DNA from: a virus
Lineage: Duplodnaviria > Caudoviricetes
Reading direction: 5' to 3' (one strand)
IMG/VR virus record: IMGVR_UViG_3300037755_000280
Span: 1 to 60,196 of that record
Length of the DNA stretch: 60,196 nucleotides
In this document: in pieces, positions 18,988 through 29,719 of the stretch
Numbering within the stretch: the first letter of the stretch is position 1
Layout: every line of letters starts with the position of its first letter
Made by a program: the position numbers and the translations under genes
The notes under the pieces: generated by a model
Databases searched by the model: none
The model's input: only the letters and a program-made list of their open reading frames with translations
Told to the model about the DNA's origin: nothing

Positions 18988-19484
18988 TGGTTCGCGGCGA
19001 CGTCGACGTCGAGGTGCGCATCTCCCAGCGCGCACTGGACCGGCTGGTGGCCAACGGCGGCCTGGTGAACGACTACATGGAGGACGTGGCCAGGGAGGGG
19101 TGGGGGTACGCCCGCCAGTTCTCGCCGATCGGGTCCGGGGACCTGTTCCACGGGCTGGACTGGGAGGTCGAGACCAACTCCCGCGACCAGTGCACGGCCC
19201 GGGTGGGCACGCGTGGGGTGCCGTACGCGGTGCACTTCCTGATGGGTCACGGGCCCCAGCCACCGCATCCGAACCGGCCGATCGGTTACACGATGGTCGG
19301 GCGCGGCATCCCGTTCGGGAACGTGAACCGGGCGCCGGGCAAGCGGTACCCGGGGGTGCCGGCGATGTTCACCAGCGGGCCGGTTCGAGGGTTCGGGGGG
19401 AACGACATCTTGACGCGGGGGATGAACCTGGCACTCGGTAGACGTGGTCTGGGTGGTCTTAGTGTTCGCTCGGTCGTCTTGTAG
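18987..19484 (+). CDS. neck/tail completion protein (HK97 gp10-like)
   Basis: SPIGSGDL...YAVHFLMG pattern; position. Confidence 0.55.
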   Translation: MVRGDVDVEVRISQRALDRLVANGGLVNDYMEDVAREGWGYARQFSPIGSGDLFHGLDWEVETNSRDQCTARVGTRGVPYAVHFLMGHGPQPPHPNRPIGYTMVGRGIPFGNVNRAPGKRYPGVPAMFTSGPVRGFGGNDILTRGMNLALGRRGLGGLSVRSVVL

Positions 19485-19521
19485 TGGGTACCCTTCGGGT
19501 GTACCTGTTCTAGGAGGACGT

Positions 19522-19965
19522 ATGAAGCAGTTCGGTGATGTGACACGAAGCCGTAAGCCTCGCGAAGACGACGAAGACCTCCCCCCAGTCCCGATCACGA
19601 TCCTCGACCGCGACATCGTGTGCGAGTTCCCCGGCTCGGGCCCCCTGGCCTACGTCGGCGCGGTCCTCGGCGCAGAGGGCAACCCCCTGTACATCGCCGG
19701 CAGCCTGGTCAACTTCTTCGCCTCGACCGTCCCGGACGACGTCGCCCGCTGGGTCAACGGCCTGCTGCTCAACACGAAGTCCGGCTTCGACATCTACGAC
19801 CTGGAGGAAGTCCTGGAGTACCTGATCACCGAGTGGAGCGGCAACCGCCCTACGAAGCCTGCGTCCGACTCATCGCGTACGCAGGGATCTACTGGGAAGC
19901 GTTCGACGGCGAACTCGCGACGCGTGGCATCGACCCGCTCGCCCTCGCCTTCAACCGCTTCCTGA
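19522..19965 (+). CDS. tail assembly chaperone (short form)
   Basis: AGGAGG RBS; upstream of tape measure; ends WSGNRPT plus Ser/Thr-rich tail. Confidence 0.75.
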   Translation: MKQFGDVTRSRKPREDDEDLPPVPITILDRDIVCEFPGSGPLAYVGAVLGAEGNPLYIAGSLVNFFASTVPDDVARWVNGLLLNTKSGFDIYDLEEVLEYLITEWSGNRPTKPASDSSRTQGSTGKRSTANSRRVASTRSPSPSTAS

Positions 19966-20171
19966 ACGCCGTCTACGCCTGGGTCCTGGCAGAGGTCCGA
20001 GGCCGCGGCCTGGAGACGCTCTCGCTGACCGAGGGCATCGAGCGGCTCAACGCCGAACTCCTGAAACCCCTGCCGGGAAGCCGGCGCGAACCATCCAGAG
20101 CAGTCATCGAGGACGAGATGCGGCAGTTCCAGCAGGCCGCCGCCACAGCAGCAACAGCACGCGGGAGGTGA
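19845..20171 (+). CDS. tail assembly chaperone C-terminal extension, probably via -1 frameshift
   Basis: Overlapping -1 frame (PYEACVRLIAYAGIYWEAFDGELATRGIDPL...) with no evident start or RBS of its own; shift position approximate. Confidence 0.6.
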   Translation, partial: PPYEACVRLIAYAGIYWEAFDGELATRGIDPLALAFNRFLNAVYAWVLAEVRGRGLETLSLTEGIERLNAELLKPLPGSRREPSRAVIEDEMRQFQQAAATAATARGR

Positions 20172-20177
20172 GAACGG

Positions 20178-22928
20178 ATGCCACTCGGCACAGACATCGG
20201 GGACGCGTACATCGACGTGCACGCCCGTACCGGCCCCTTCCGCAGGGAGCTGCGCCGAGAGGCACGCCGAGCCGCCGCCGAGGCCGGGTCAGAGGCGGGG
20301 GAGGAGTTCTCCGACGGCTTCGATGCCGAGCTGTCCCCCCTGGGGCGCCGGTTGGCACGTCGCATGCGTGCCAACGGGGAGCTGTCGGGGGAGCAGTTCA
20401 ACGACGGGCTGCGCCGCGCCATCCAGGACCGCTTCGGCCGGGTCGTGTCCGCGTTCAACCGGTCGGTGGCCGACCTGGACTTCTCCGGCTTCGTCGGCCA
20501 GTTCGACGACCTGGACGACGCCGTGGCCTCCTTCGAGCGCCGGCTGCGATCCCTGGCCGCCAACGGTCAGGTGACCCGGGTCGAGTTCGACGAGATCCGC
20601 GACTCGTTCGACGCGTACGCGTCCAGTGTCCGCCGCGCGGCGCAGCAGGACGAGCTGGACCGGTCCCTGCGGGAGCAGATCCAGGCACTGAACGAGCAGG
20701 ACGAGGCGGCCCGCCGGGTCGCTCAAACCTTCGAGCGCAACCTGGGCCCGCAGCTTCGCCGGTCGGCGAACAACGCCGCACAGTTCTTCCGCCGCGCGGC
20801 TGAGGGCGTCTCGGAGTCCTCCCGCGTCATGCGACGCGAGTCCGAGGCCGCACGCCGGGCGTTCTCGGAGCTCGCCGAGGAGTTCGGTGAGCGGCTGCCA
20901 GGCGTGATCGAGGAGCTGCGGCGTACCGACATCGGGTTCGACCGACTGACCCGGAACGTCGCCAGGAACTCGGACCGCATCCGCAGGAACCTGCGCCGCG
21001 CCCTGCGGATCGACGAAGGCGACACCTCGGCCATCCGAGCGATCGACCAGGCCATCGAACGGATGGCCGACACCGCACAGACCACCGTGGTGAGCGTGGA
21101 TCGGCTCAACCGCGGCCTGGGGCGCCTCAAGGGGGGGCGTAACGACTTCCTGAACCTGATCGGCTCCATGGACCAGTTCGTCCGGTCCGGTGTGCTGCGG
21201 GCCCTGGACCGGACGTTCGGTGCTGTCGGCGACAGCGTCCGGCGCCTGGGTGAGCGCATCACCGATGTCCGCGGCCCACTGAGCACGCTCGGGAACCTGT
21301 TCTTGAACGCAGGTAACCGTATCCAGGCCATGGGTACCAGCCTGGACGGCTTCCTGGTCCAGCTCGTCCTGGGGTCTATCGCCTTCCGGGTGTTCGTCGG
21401 CATCCTCGGGCCTGCCATCGCGCTGCTGTCTGCCCTGTCCGGAGCGTTCGTCGCCCTGACGGTCTCTGTCGGCGGTGCGCTTGCCGGTGGTCTGGTAGCT
21501 CTGGGGCCGATCCTGCTGGGCCTGGGCGCCGGGGTGGGTGCGGTGGCCATCGCGTTCTCCGATCTGTCCAAGCAGCAGGAGCGCGTCTTCAAGCCGTTCG
21601 GCGACTGGGTCGACGAAGTACGCGAGCTGGTGCAGGGAGAGCTGTTCAAGGGCCTGGCCGGCGACATCCGGTCCGTGGTGGACGTGCTCAGCGCGGACAT
21701 CAACCCCATCCTGCGCGACGTCGCGGCCAACATCCGGTTCGCGTTCGGCCAGTTCGCCGAGGTCATCCAGGGAGACGCGTTCCAGGAGTCACTGTCCACG
21801 TTCCAGGTCTTCCTGCCCTCGATCATGAACAACCTGCTGTCCATCATCGGCAACCTGGGCCTGGCGCTGTTCAACATGTTCGCCGCCGCTTCCCCCGCCA
21901 CGCAGGACTTCCTTGAGCGGATCAACGGTGTCGTGGAGCGGTTCGCCGAGTGGACCGGGCAGGAGGACGGCCGTCAGGCGATCCGCGACTTCATGGAACG
22001 GGCCGTTGACCTGCTGGACAGCATCTGGGACCTCATCACCTCGGTGTCGGAGACCTTCGGGAACTTCTTCGAGGACGGCAACCGGCTCGGTCAGCGCATG
22101 ATCGACAACCTCACCCAGATCCTGGACAACTTCAACGCGTGGCTCAACACCGAGGCGGGACGTGATGAGCTGCGTGGCTGGTTCGAGGACGCCGAGACCA
22201 TCATCGGCGAGGTCGGTGACGTGCTGCGTCAGGCTGGCGACCTGATCGACGAGCTGGACTCCCCGCAGAACCGGGCCACGCTGCTGGTGATCCTGACCGC
22301 GTTCGAGCAGATCATCGGCGTCGTCACCGATCTGGTGCGGTTCGTGAACCGCACCACCGCGGCGATCACCGGCATCCGCGACGGAGGCGTTTCCCTCCAG
22401 CGGATCGACGGTCTGCTCGACCGACTGTCCGGCGCGTTCACCAACGTTCGCCGCGCCGCCGCGCGCGTGGCCGACGCGATCGTTGACGTGTTCAACATCA
22501 ACCTGTTCGGCCGCGGACAGGGCATCATCGACGGCCTGATCAGAGGCATCGAGTCCGGCGCCGGACGTCTGCTGGGGCTCGCCCAGTTCCTGGCCCAGCA
22601 GATCTCGAACACGTTCGCGGGCGTGCTGGGCCTCTTCTCCCCCTCCCGCGTCTTCCGGGACTACGGCCGCGACATCACCGAGGGCCTGATCCTGGGCATG
22701 CAGGCCGGTCAGGCTGCTGTGCAGGCCACCGCGGCGGGACTCATCAACACCGACGCCCTGTCCAGCCTGAACACGCCCCTCGGCCAGCTCGGTCAAGACG
22801 ACGGCACCGCAGCCGCCGGCAGCAGCTCGACGACGAATCTGGGGGGCATCACGATCGTGACCCCCTTCGCAGACCCGCGCCTGGTGGCGATGGAGACGAT
22901 GGACGCGCTGGCCGCGCGGGGAAGGTAG
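20178..22928 (+). CDS. tape measure protein
   Basis: 916 aa helical; IGDAYIDV N-terminus; hydrophobic middle; SPSRVF near C-terminus. Confidence 0.9.
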   Translation: MPLGTDIGDAYIDVHARTGPFRRELRREARRAAAEAGSEAGEEFSDGFDAELSPLGRRLARRMRANGELSGEQFNDGLRRAIQDRFGRVVSAFNRSVADLDFSGFVGQFDDLDDAVASFERRLRSLAANGQVTRVEFDEIRDSFDAYASSVRRAAQQDELDRSLREQIQALNEQDEAARRVAQTFERNLGPQLRRSANNAAQFFRRAAEGVSESSRVMRRESEAARRAFSELAEEFGERLPGVIEELRRTDIGFDRLTRNVARNSDRIRRNLRRALRIDEGDTSAIRAIDQAIERMADTAQTTVVSVDRLNRGLGRLKGGRNDFLNLIGSMDQFVRSGVLRALDRTFGAVGDSVRRLGERITDVRGPLSTLGNLFLNAGNRIQAMGTSLDGFLVQLVLGSIAFRVFVGILGPAIALLSALSGAFVALTVSVGGALAGGLVALGPILLGLGAGVGAVAIAFSDLSKQQERVFKPFGDWVDEVRELVQGELFKGLAGDIRSVVDVLSADINPILRDVAANIRFAFGQFAEVIQGDAFQESLSTFQVFLPSIMNNLLSIIGNLGLALFNMFAAASPATQDFLERINGVVERFAEWTGQEDGRQAIRDFMERAVDLLDSIWDLITSVSETFGNFFEDGNRLGQRMIDNLTQILDNFNAWLNTEAGRDELRGWFEDAETIIGEVGDVLRQAGDLIDELDSPQNRATLLVILTAFEQIIGVVTDLVRFVNRTTAAITGIRDGGVSLQRIDGLLDRLSGAFTNVRRAAARVADAIVDVFNINLFGRGQGIIDGLIRGIESGAGRLLGLAQFLAQQISNTFAGVLGLFSPSRVFRDYGRDITEGLILGMQAGQAAVQATAAGLINTDALSSLNTPLGQLGQDDGTAAAGSSSTTNLGGITIVTPFADPRLVAMETMDALAARGR

Positions 22929-22934
22929 GGGGTT

Positions 22935-25900
22935 ATGCCGTACGACGGCTACCTGGAGGTGGGTGGACGCGAGATCGCGAACGCCGCCCGCGTGTTCACC
23001 TACGTCACCGACCTGTCCTCCTTCGGCCTGCACAACTGCCAGGACTGCGCAGACCTCGGTGAAGCCCTGGATGAGACCTACACGACCCCTGCGGCAGATC
23101 CTGCGCCGTGGTTCGACCCGTCCGACCCGGACACGGGGCTGTTCTTCGGCTTCTACCCCACGGCCATCGAGGGCCTGTCCACCTCGACGCGGCAGTCGAT
23201 CAACGTCGAGCTGGTCGGCGACGGCTCCGTGCAGACCTCACAGCGGCGCGCCGGCCGCGACCTCATGGTCCGCGGCGCCCTGTTCGCCGAGACACGGGAG
23301 GCCCTGGACAAGGGGTTCTCCTGGCTGGACAACACCCTCGACTCCGAGGAGTGCGACGGGGAGCAGGCGCGCATCTTCGCGGCCTGCCCGCAGGTGGTCG
23401 AGTACCCGCCGTCCGCGTTCGAGCCAGTTGACCTGACCGACTACGAAGTGGAAGCACCGCTGTGGCAGTCCACGTCAGGAACGATCACCGCAGAGCCCAC
23501 CTCGGTCCAGTTCAACTGGGACACCGGTGACGCCGAGAAGGCCGCGTGGCGGACCGTCACCGGCCTGATCCCCGGTGAGCAGTATCAGCTCCGCCTGAAG
23601 CTGGACGGCACCCCGACGGAGGTGTCGATCGGCAGCCAGGACGTCACCCCGGACTCGAACCTCGCGGAGAACCCCCGCTGGCTGGACTCGCAGTTCGACG
23701 GCACGCTCATCACCCCTGTGCCTGCCGGGAACCAGTTCGACGTCTCCGACGGCGGTCCGCTTGGTCTTGGCTGGCGCAAGTACGTCTACCCGTCCGACAC
23801 GGCGGCGGACACGATCTTCGTCACGGACACCATGGACCTGGGCCAGATGATCGACGTGCTGGACCTGTGGGATCTGACGCTCAGCGCCTACGCCTTCTCC
23901 AGCGCGGAGTCCACGGTCGAGCTGGTCGCCCGGTACCTGGACTCTGCTGGAGGCCAGGTCGGTGTCGACGTGATCGTCGACACCGACACGTCGATCGATG
24001 AGTGGGTACAGCTCTCGGGCCCTATCACGGTGCCGAACGGTATCGGCGCCACCTACGTCCAGCTCGAAGTCCGGTACACCACGGCCGCCGCCATCACGGC
24101 CGGTACCGAGTTCGGCGTGTGGGGCGCGCTCGCATCCCCGAGCGGTTCCACCAGCTACTTCGACGGGTACACGCCCGGCTACGTCTGGTCTGGGCCGCCG
24201 GACGCCTCCACGAGCGAGATCGATGCTGGCGTCGAGTGGGTCACGTACTGGGACTTCTCCGGCACCACCTGGGCTCCGCCCATCGAGCCGACCGTTCTCG
24301 ACTTCGTTCCGCGGTCGCAGGAGGTGACCGTGTACCTGCGCTCCGGTTCCGGCACGGTCCTGGACCTCGAACTCATGAAGGTGTGGCGGGTACCGAACCC
24401 GGGTGTTGTCGCGTTCAGCACGAACGAGCTGGACATGACCCCTCCCTCGGACGGATGGCAGCACGACCCGATCACGGACGCGATCATCACCTCCCAGATC
24501 ATCGACGTGCAGGGCGCCCTCTACTCCGGCGAGCTGTGGATCACGGTCACTGCGGCGTTCGGTGAGAGTGTCACTGTCGGGTCGGGTACCGGCCCGTACC
24601 GGGCGTCGTTCGGTCTGGAGCCTGGCGTTCCGTACCGGCTGGCGATCGACTACGCCATCCAGTACGACAGCGCGGCCGTGCCTGGCGAACCGACCATCGA
24701 TGGCGCCATCGCACAGAACGTCGTCTACGCGGCCGACAACGACACCGGTGACCTCATCCAGAGCTACCGTGTCATCGAGTTCACGCCCGGCTCCTCCAGC
24801 GTGACCGTGCGCTTCGAGGTGGGGGCCTCGGTCATGCTGGCGTCGCTTGAGTCGCTCCAGTGGCAGATCGGCGAGGTCCTCGTCGAGGAGGTCTTCGAGG
24901 AGGCTGATACCTCACAGCCTGACGCGCTACGCGATGTGACGCGCACCCTGTACGGGGTGGCGGCCATCACGGGCCCGCAGATCACGAACCTGCGGGAGAC
25001 GTCATGCGGGTGGATGGCGGAGGTGACCTTCGGGCTGCGTGCCGGGAACCCGGGGCTGTTCCGTAACCCGGTGCTTGCCGGTGGTCTGCCGACGTCGGTA
25101 TCCACGCTCCAGGAGGCGCTCCCGTGCATCGACGGGGAGCAGGCGCGGGTGAACTTCATGTACAACCCGTCCGTCGAGGTCGCGCTGAACCCGGTGGGTG
25201 GGCGTACCGACTACGCCCAGTCGGGTGGAACGATCACACGCGAGTCCGCCGGCGGCCCGGGACCGCTGGTGGGTTCCTGGTTCGTGCAGGGGGATGGGGT
25301 CACGCAGATCGTCGGCTACTACGCTCCCTTCCAGGTCACCGACGGGCTGGTGCCCATCGAGGGGAACACCTACGTGCACAGCGTGTACGTGTCGGCCGAC
25401 GTGTCCGGCTCCTACGACTGGACCCTTGGCGTGAACTACCCGGGCCCCATCTCCGACGTCACCAACGGGTCCGTGATGATCACCGCGGATGAGTGGACCC
25501 GGGTGGTGAACGTCTTCACGATCCCGCTCGGGAACGAGCTGGATCTGCTGGAGTTCCACCTGGAGGACAACGGCGCCCTGTCCAGCTTCCTGTACATGGA
25601 TGGCTACATGGTCGAGCCGGGCGACACTCCGGGGACCGTGTGGGATGACACGTTCGAGGGCGTGGAGTGGAGTGGTACTGAGCTGGAGTCCGCTCTCCTG
25701 TATCCGGAGGGTGAAGAGGACATCACGGTAGATCCGGACTGTCCGTCGATCCCGCTTCCCCCAGCGCCGCCGTCGGTGGCTGTCGCGTGCGTGGACGAGC
25801 CCGCCGCGTACCAGCGGTCGGTCATCACCATCCTGGAGAGCACCGTCCCCAGGAACCTGACCGCCTTCCCGGTGCTCACCCTCCAGGCAGGTGCGCAGGA

Positions 25901-26228
25901 CGTACGTCAGGCGCGCATCCGGTTCTGGGAGAACCCGGACCACCTGGACATCGACGACCTTGACCCCTGTTCGTTCGATGGGGACATCATCGTCTCCTAC
26001 CTACCGGCCGGCGCCACTCTGGTGATCGACGGCGTGCAGCGTACCGCCACGATGACGCTCGGCGGCGTCACGCAGGACGCGACGCACCTGCTGTACGGCT
26101 CCGACGGGGGTCCGGTGGACTGGCCGGAGCTGACTGGTGGCATCGAGTACCTGGTGACGCTGGATCTGGACTCGACCGGCACCTTCTCCGATACGCAGAT
26201 GAACGTCGAGCTGGTGGTGAAGGACTGA
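22935..26228 (+). CDS. minor tail protein (distal tail-like, with inserted carbohydrate-binding-like domains)
   Basis: 1097 aa after tape measure; GYLEVGGREIAN N-terminus; NLAENP / NFMYNPS domain starts. Confidence 0.8.
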   Translation: MPYDGYLEVGGREIANAARVFTYVTDLSSFGLHNCQDCADLGEALDETYTTPAADPAPWFDPSDPDTGLFFGFYPTAIEGLSTSTRQSINVELVGDGSVQTSQRRAGRDLMVRGALFAETREALDKGFSWLDNTLDSEECDGEQARIFAACPQVVEYPPSAFEPVDLTDYEVEAPLWQSTSGTITAEPTSVQFNWDTGDAEKAAWRTVTGLIPGEQYQLRLKLDGTPTEVSIGSQDVTPDSNLAENPRWLDSQFDGTLITPVPAGNQFDVSDGGPLGLGWRKYVYPSDTAADTIFVTDTMDLGQMIDVLDLWDLTLSAYAFSSAESTVELVARYLDSAGGQVGVDVIVDTDTSIDEWVQLSGPITVPNGIGATYVQLEVRYTTAAAITAGTEFGVWGALASPSGSTSYFDGYTPGYVWSGPPDASTSEIDAGVEWVTYWDFSGTTWAPPIEPTVLDFVPRSQEVTVYLRSGSGTVLDLELMKVWRVPNPGVVAFSTNELDMTPPSDGWQHDPITDAIITSQIIDVQGALYSGELWITVTAAFGESVTVGSGTGPYRASFGLEPGVPYRLAIDYAIQYDSAAVPGEPTIDGAIAQNVVYAADNDTGDLIQSYRVIEFTPGSSSVTVRFEVGASVMLASLESLQWQIGEVLVEEVFEEADTSQPDALRDVTRTLYGVAAITGPQITNLRETSCGWMAEVTFGLRAGNPGLFRNPVLAGGLPTSVSTLQEALPCIDGEQARVNFMYNPSVEVALNPVGGRTDYAQSGGTITRESAGGPGPLVGSWFVQGDGVTQIVGYYAPFQVTDGLVPIEGNTYVHSVYVSADVSGSYDWTLGVNYPGPISDVTNGSVMITADEWTRVVNVFTIPLGNELDLLEFHLEDNGALSSFLYMDGYMVEPGDTPGTVWDDTFEGVEWSGTELESALLYPEGEEDITVDPDCPSIPLPPAPPSVAVACVDEPAAYQRSVITILESTVPRNLTAFPVLTLQAGAQDVRQARIRFWENPDHLDIDDLDPCSFDGDIIVSYLPAGATLVIDGVQRTATMTLGGVTQDATHLLYGSDGGPVDWPELTGGIEYLVTLDLDSTGTFSDTQMNVELVVKD

Positions 26229-27334
26229 TGGCCCTGGGCTGCACGATCCACCGTGCCTTCATCTACGACCGAGGCGGCGGGAACCGGCTGTTCGAGGTCA
26301 CGCCGATCTCGCGGGTGTCGTGGGAGCGGCTGCGCGACGACATCTCCCAGGGGCAGATCACCATCCTGGACCCGAGCGAGGACTGCCAGCGCCAGATGCT
26401 GCGCGTGCACCCGCACCGGCACGAGCTGGTCATCTATCGCGGCAGCGAGCGGGTGTGGGAAGGGCCGATCACGTTGATGGGGTGGCATCGCGACCGGATC
26501 GAGGTGACCGCGAAGGACGTCATGTACTACGCCTACCGGACGGTGATGCGGTCGGGGTACGACAACTCCTACCCGAACATCCAGACCGTCGTGCAGCGGG
26601 CCATCAACGTGCTAGGGGAGCTGTCGCGCAAGGAGGCGCTGGACCCGCCGATCGACGTGCTGCCGTATGTGACGGCGCTGACGACGTCGACCGACGCCGA
26701 GACGTCGAAGGTGACGATCCCCTACCAGTCCACGGTGTTCGACGACGTCGACGCGCTGGCGTGGCGCTCGGGCCTGGACTACACGGTGATCGGTCGCCGC
26801 ATCCTGCTGTTCGACACGCACACGATCTTCTACACGACACCGCAGGTCACCGAGTCGGACTTCCTGTCGGAGATCATCGTGACGCAGTACGGGTCGGAGC
26901 ATGCGACGTGGGCGGCCTCGGTGTCCGCCTCGGGGAACGTGGGGATCTCGTTCGCCGACGGTGCCCCGGCGGGGACGGACCCGTTCTACGGCGAGTGGGA
27001 GTTGGTGGACTCCGCGTACAACGAGGACGGTACGACCGCACCGACCGAGGATGCCCTGGAGCAGCAGGCGTCACGGAACCTGAACGGGCGCAACCCGGTG
27101 CCTCTGCATGTGCGTGTGCCGGACAACTCGCGGCTGAACCCGCAGGGCGTTCTCACGCTGGCCCAGCTCGTACCGGGTGTGCGCGTGCCGCTGCGGGCGA
27201 CGCTGCTGACGTTCGAGGTGTCCCAGATGCAGAAGCTGGACCGGGTGCTGGTGACCGAGGACGCCGAGTCAGGCCAGTCGATCTCGGTCACGCTGTTCCC
27301 GGCCTCGCTCAACGACGTCCCCGCGGAGGAGTGA
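26228..27334 (+). CDS. minor tail protein (baseplate hub-like)
   Basis: SWERLRDDIS, GLDYTVIGRRI and LVPGVRVP motifs. Confidence 0.8.
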   Translation: MALGCTIHRAFIYDRGGGNRLFEVTPISRVSWERLRDDISQGQITILDPSEDCQRQMLRVHPHRHELVIYRGSERVWEGPITLMGWHRDRIEVTAKDVMYYAYRTVMRSGYDNSYPNIQTVVQRAINVLGELSRKEALDPPIDVLPYVTALTTSTDAETSKVTIPYQSTVFDDVDALAWRSGLDYTVIGRRILLFDTHTIFYTTPQVTESDFLSEIIVTQYGSEHATWAASVSASGNVGISFADGAPAGTDPFYGEWELVDSAYNEDGTTAPTEDALEQQASRNLNGRNPVPLHVRVPDNSRLNPQGVLTLAQLVPGVRVPLRATLLTFEVSQMQKLDRVLVTEDAESGQSISVTLFPASLNDVPAEE

Positions 27335-27335
27335 G

Positions 27336-28091
27336 ATGCCCAACCTGGTGCCGCAGTCGATGAACGAGTGGATGCGCAGGATGGAGCTGCGCATGGAGGA
27401 CCTGACCTCCCGCATGTCCAACCTGGTCGCGCGTGACATCGCTGACACGGTCGACCTGGACGACTTCCTGTTCTCGGGGCGGTATTACCGCGAGGACCCG
27501 ACGGGGACGACGACGGCGCTGGGCTACCCGGAGGCGGGGGCTGCCGGCACGCTGGAGGTGATCCGTAATCCTGGGGTTGCGGAGGCGCAGCAGGTCTTCC
27601 ATAACCGGGTCTCGGGGATCACGTGGATTCGCTGGTGGGACGGGGTGTCGTGGGGGCCGTGGATGGCGGGTGGGAGTGCGTCGGGTGGGCTGTGGCAGGA
27701 CTATGTGCCGAGCTTCTCGAACGTCTCGGTGGGTAACGGGACGCTGACCGCGCGCTACACGCAGAACGGGAAGACGGTCCATTTCTGGGTGGACATCGCG
27801 TTGGGGTCGACGTCGTCGGTCACGGGAACGATCGGGGTGGGGACACCGGTGACGGGGTTGTCGACGACCGGCTTCGTGTACCCGATGGGTACGGCTATCG
27901 CGAAGCCGGCTGGAGCTACGGGCTCGAACGTGTTCAAGGGGTTCACGACGAACGAGGGCACTGGCCCGATCACTTCGGCGCGGGTCGTCGCGGCGAACGG
28001 GGCGAACGGTGGCCTGTGGAATGCGACGACGCCGTTCGCCTGGAGCGACGGCGCGAATTTCTCCCTGCTGGCCGTCTATGAAGCCGCGTAG
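27336..28091 (+). CDS. minor tail / receptor-binding protein
   Basis: N-terminal coil, YIR-W-like knob segment (WIRWWDGVSWGPW), WQDYVP...ARYTQNGKTV head domain. Confidence 0.7.
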   Translation: MPNLVPQSMNEWMRRMELRMEDLTSRMSNLVARDIADTVDLDDFLFSGRYYREDPTGTTTALGYPEAGAAGTLEVIRNPGVAEAQQVFHNRVSGITWIRWWDGVSWGPWMAGGSASGGLWQDYVPSFSNVSVGNGTLTARYTQNGKTVHFWVDIALGSTSSVTGTIGVGTPVTGLSTTGFVYPMGTAIAKPAGATGSNVFKGFTTNEGTGPITSARVVAANGANGGLWNATTPFAWSDGANFSLLAVYEAA

Positions 28092-28173
28092 CTTCGCGGT
28101 ACAAGGGTCATCTTCTGCGATCATCGATGGCATGATCGGATCTACCCAGGTCAACCCGACACAAGGACCGCAG

Positions 28174-28533
28174 ATGCCGTCAGAGGTCGGACAGCTCTCT
28201 GACCTGTCCGCGGCCATCGCCGGGATCACCACCCTGGCGATCCTGGCACTCGGGACACTGGCCTGGAGACGCGTCGCCACCTGGCTCACCGACGCCGGCG
28301 CGGACCTGAAAGCGACCAGGAGCCAGACCACCAACGGGCACAAGACCAACCTGCGCGACGACGTCACCGCCATCGGCGACGACCTCGCGACGCTGACCAA
28401 GAACGTCGGCTCGATCATCGGTGAGATCCGGGAGCTACGCGACGATGTCCGCTTCGTCCTGCGCTACACCCGCACCGTCGATGAGCGGCTCATCCGCCAC
28501 CTAGGCCACCAGAAGCAGGAGGACAACGAATGA
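28174..28533 (+). CDS. membrane protein (DUF2746-like) of the lysis cassette
   Basis: One TM helix plus NGHKTNLRDDV motif. Confidence 0.6.
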   Translation: MPSEVGQLSDLSAAIAGITTLAILALGTLAWRRVATWLTDAGADLKATRSQTTNGHKTNLRDDVTAIGDDLATLTKNVGSIIGEIRELRDDVRFVLRYTRTVDERLIRHLGHQKQEDNE

Positions 28534-29387
28534 CCTACGAGTACCACACGAAGCTCACGTCGCGGAACCAGTCGGGGCGCCGCGAGCAGAAGATCACCTC
28601 GATCACGATCCACCACTGGGGCGACCCCAGCCACTTCGGTGACGAGCCGAACGACGGCGACCCGGAGGCCGTCGCACGCTACCTGTGCCGCAAGGACGGC
28701 AGCTCCAGCGCCCACTACGTCGTCACCGCCGGGCAGGTGTGGTGCATCGTCGACCCGGACAACATCGCCTGGCACGCCGGAGACTTCGCCGTCAACAAGG
28801 TCTCCATCGGCATCGAGTGCGACCCGGACGCCCAGCCCGGAACGTATGAGACCGTGGCCGAGCTGATCGCCGAGCTCCGCGCCCACTACGGCGACCTCCC
28901 GCTCTACCCGCACCGCAAGTGGCAGGCCACTGCATGCCCTGGCGTGTGGGACCCGGACAAGCTCGACCAGATGGCCCGCGCCATCACCGTGACCGACAAC
29001 CTCGGCGGTGGTGGGCAGGGCGGGGGCCTGTCGAAGCAGCCGGCGCCGGCCAGGAAGATCGACATCCGCCGGCTCCAGGCAGCGGTGCGCACCTGGACGG
29101 ACAACATGTGGGGGCCGAACACCGACAAGCACGTCAAGGCGGTCCGCGGCGCATCCCTGTGGGCCGGTCAGCGGTTCCCCTCCGGCGTAGCATTCGCGCA
29201 GGTGTGCGTGGGCGCCAGGCCGGACGGGGTGTGGGGGCCGCGGTCACGTAAGGCGCACGACCGTACGGTCAAGAAGGTCCAGAAGGCGCTGCGACGGCTG
29301 GGGCTCTACCCCGGCGAGATCGACGGCGTCTACGGACCGCTGACGAACAAGGGAATCAAGCTGGCCCGGATCAAGTCCCGGGCCTGA
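28530..29387 (+). CDS. endolysin: N-acetylmuramoyl-L-alanine amidase (Amidase_2) with peptidoglycan-binding repeats
   Basis: ITIHHWG, SAHY, AWHAG, SIGIE, HRKW.ATACPG; C-terminal DGVWGP/DGVYGP repeats. Confidence 0.92.
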   Translation: MTYEYHTKLTSRNQSGRREQKITSITIHHWGDPSHFGDEPNDGDPEAVARYLCRKDGSSSAHYVVTAGQVWCIVDPDNIAWHAGDFAVNKVSIGIECDPDAQPGTYETVAELIAELRAHYGDLPLYPHRKWQATACPGVWDPDKLDQMARAITVTDNLGGGGQGGGLSKQPAPARKIDIRRLQAAVRTWTDNMWGPNTDKHVKAVRGASLWAGQRFPSGVAFAQVCVGARPDGVWGPRSRKAHDRTVKKVQKALRRLGLYPGEIDGVYGPLTNKGIKLARIKSRA

Positions 29388-29399
29388 GAGGCAGGCATC

Positions 29400-29648
29400 A
29401 TGAACGACTCCATCACCTCCCTGGCCAGGACGATCGCACCGATCCTCGCCGGCGCGATCATCTCCTGGCTTCTGACCCTCGGAATCGACGTGGACCCGCA
29501 GGCGCAGGCTTCCCTGATCATCTTCATCACGGCCCTGATCCAGGCGGCCTACTACGCACTCGTGCGGTCGATCGAGCCGCACCTGCCGGTGTGGCTTCGC
29601 CGGGCGCTGCTCGGGTCGGCCAAACAGCCCACCTACCCGCAGGCATGA
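29400..29648 (+). CDS. holin
   Basis: Two TM helices, YYALVRSIE...LLG...PTY motif; follows endolysin. Confidence 0.8.
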   Translation: MNDSITSLARTIAPILAGAIISWLLTLGIDVDPQAQASLIIFITALIQAAYYALVRSIEPHLPVWLRRALLGSAKQPTYPQA

Positions 29649-29649
29649 G

Positions 29650-29683
29650 CAGGGCCCTGCACCATCTCCAGCGCAGGGCCCTG
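29650..29683. terminator. hairpin at the convergence of the two arms
   Basis: CAGGGCCCTGC ... GCAGGGCCCTG. Confidence 0.6.
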
Positions 29684-29719
29684 TCCCGAGGTGACGCGTG
29701 ACGCCGCGCCGGTTTCATG

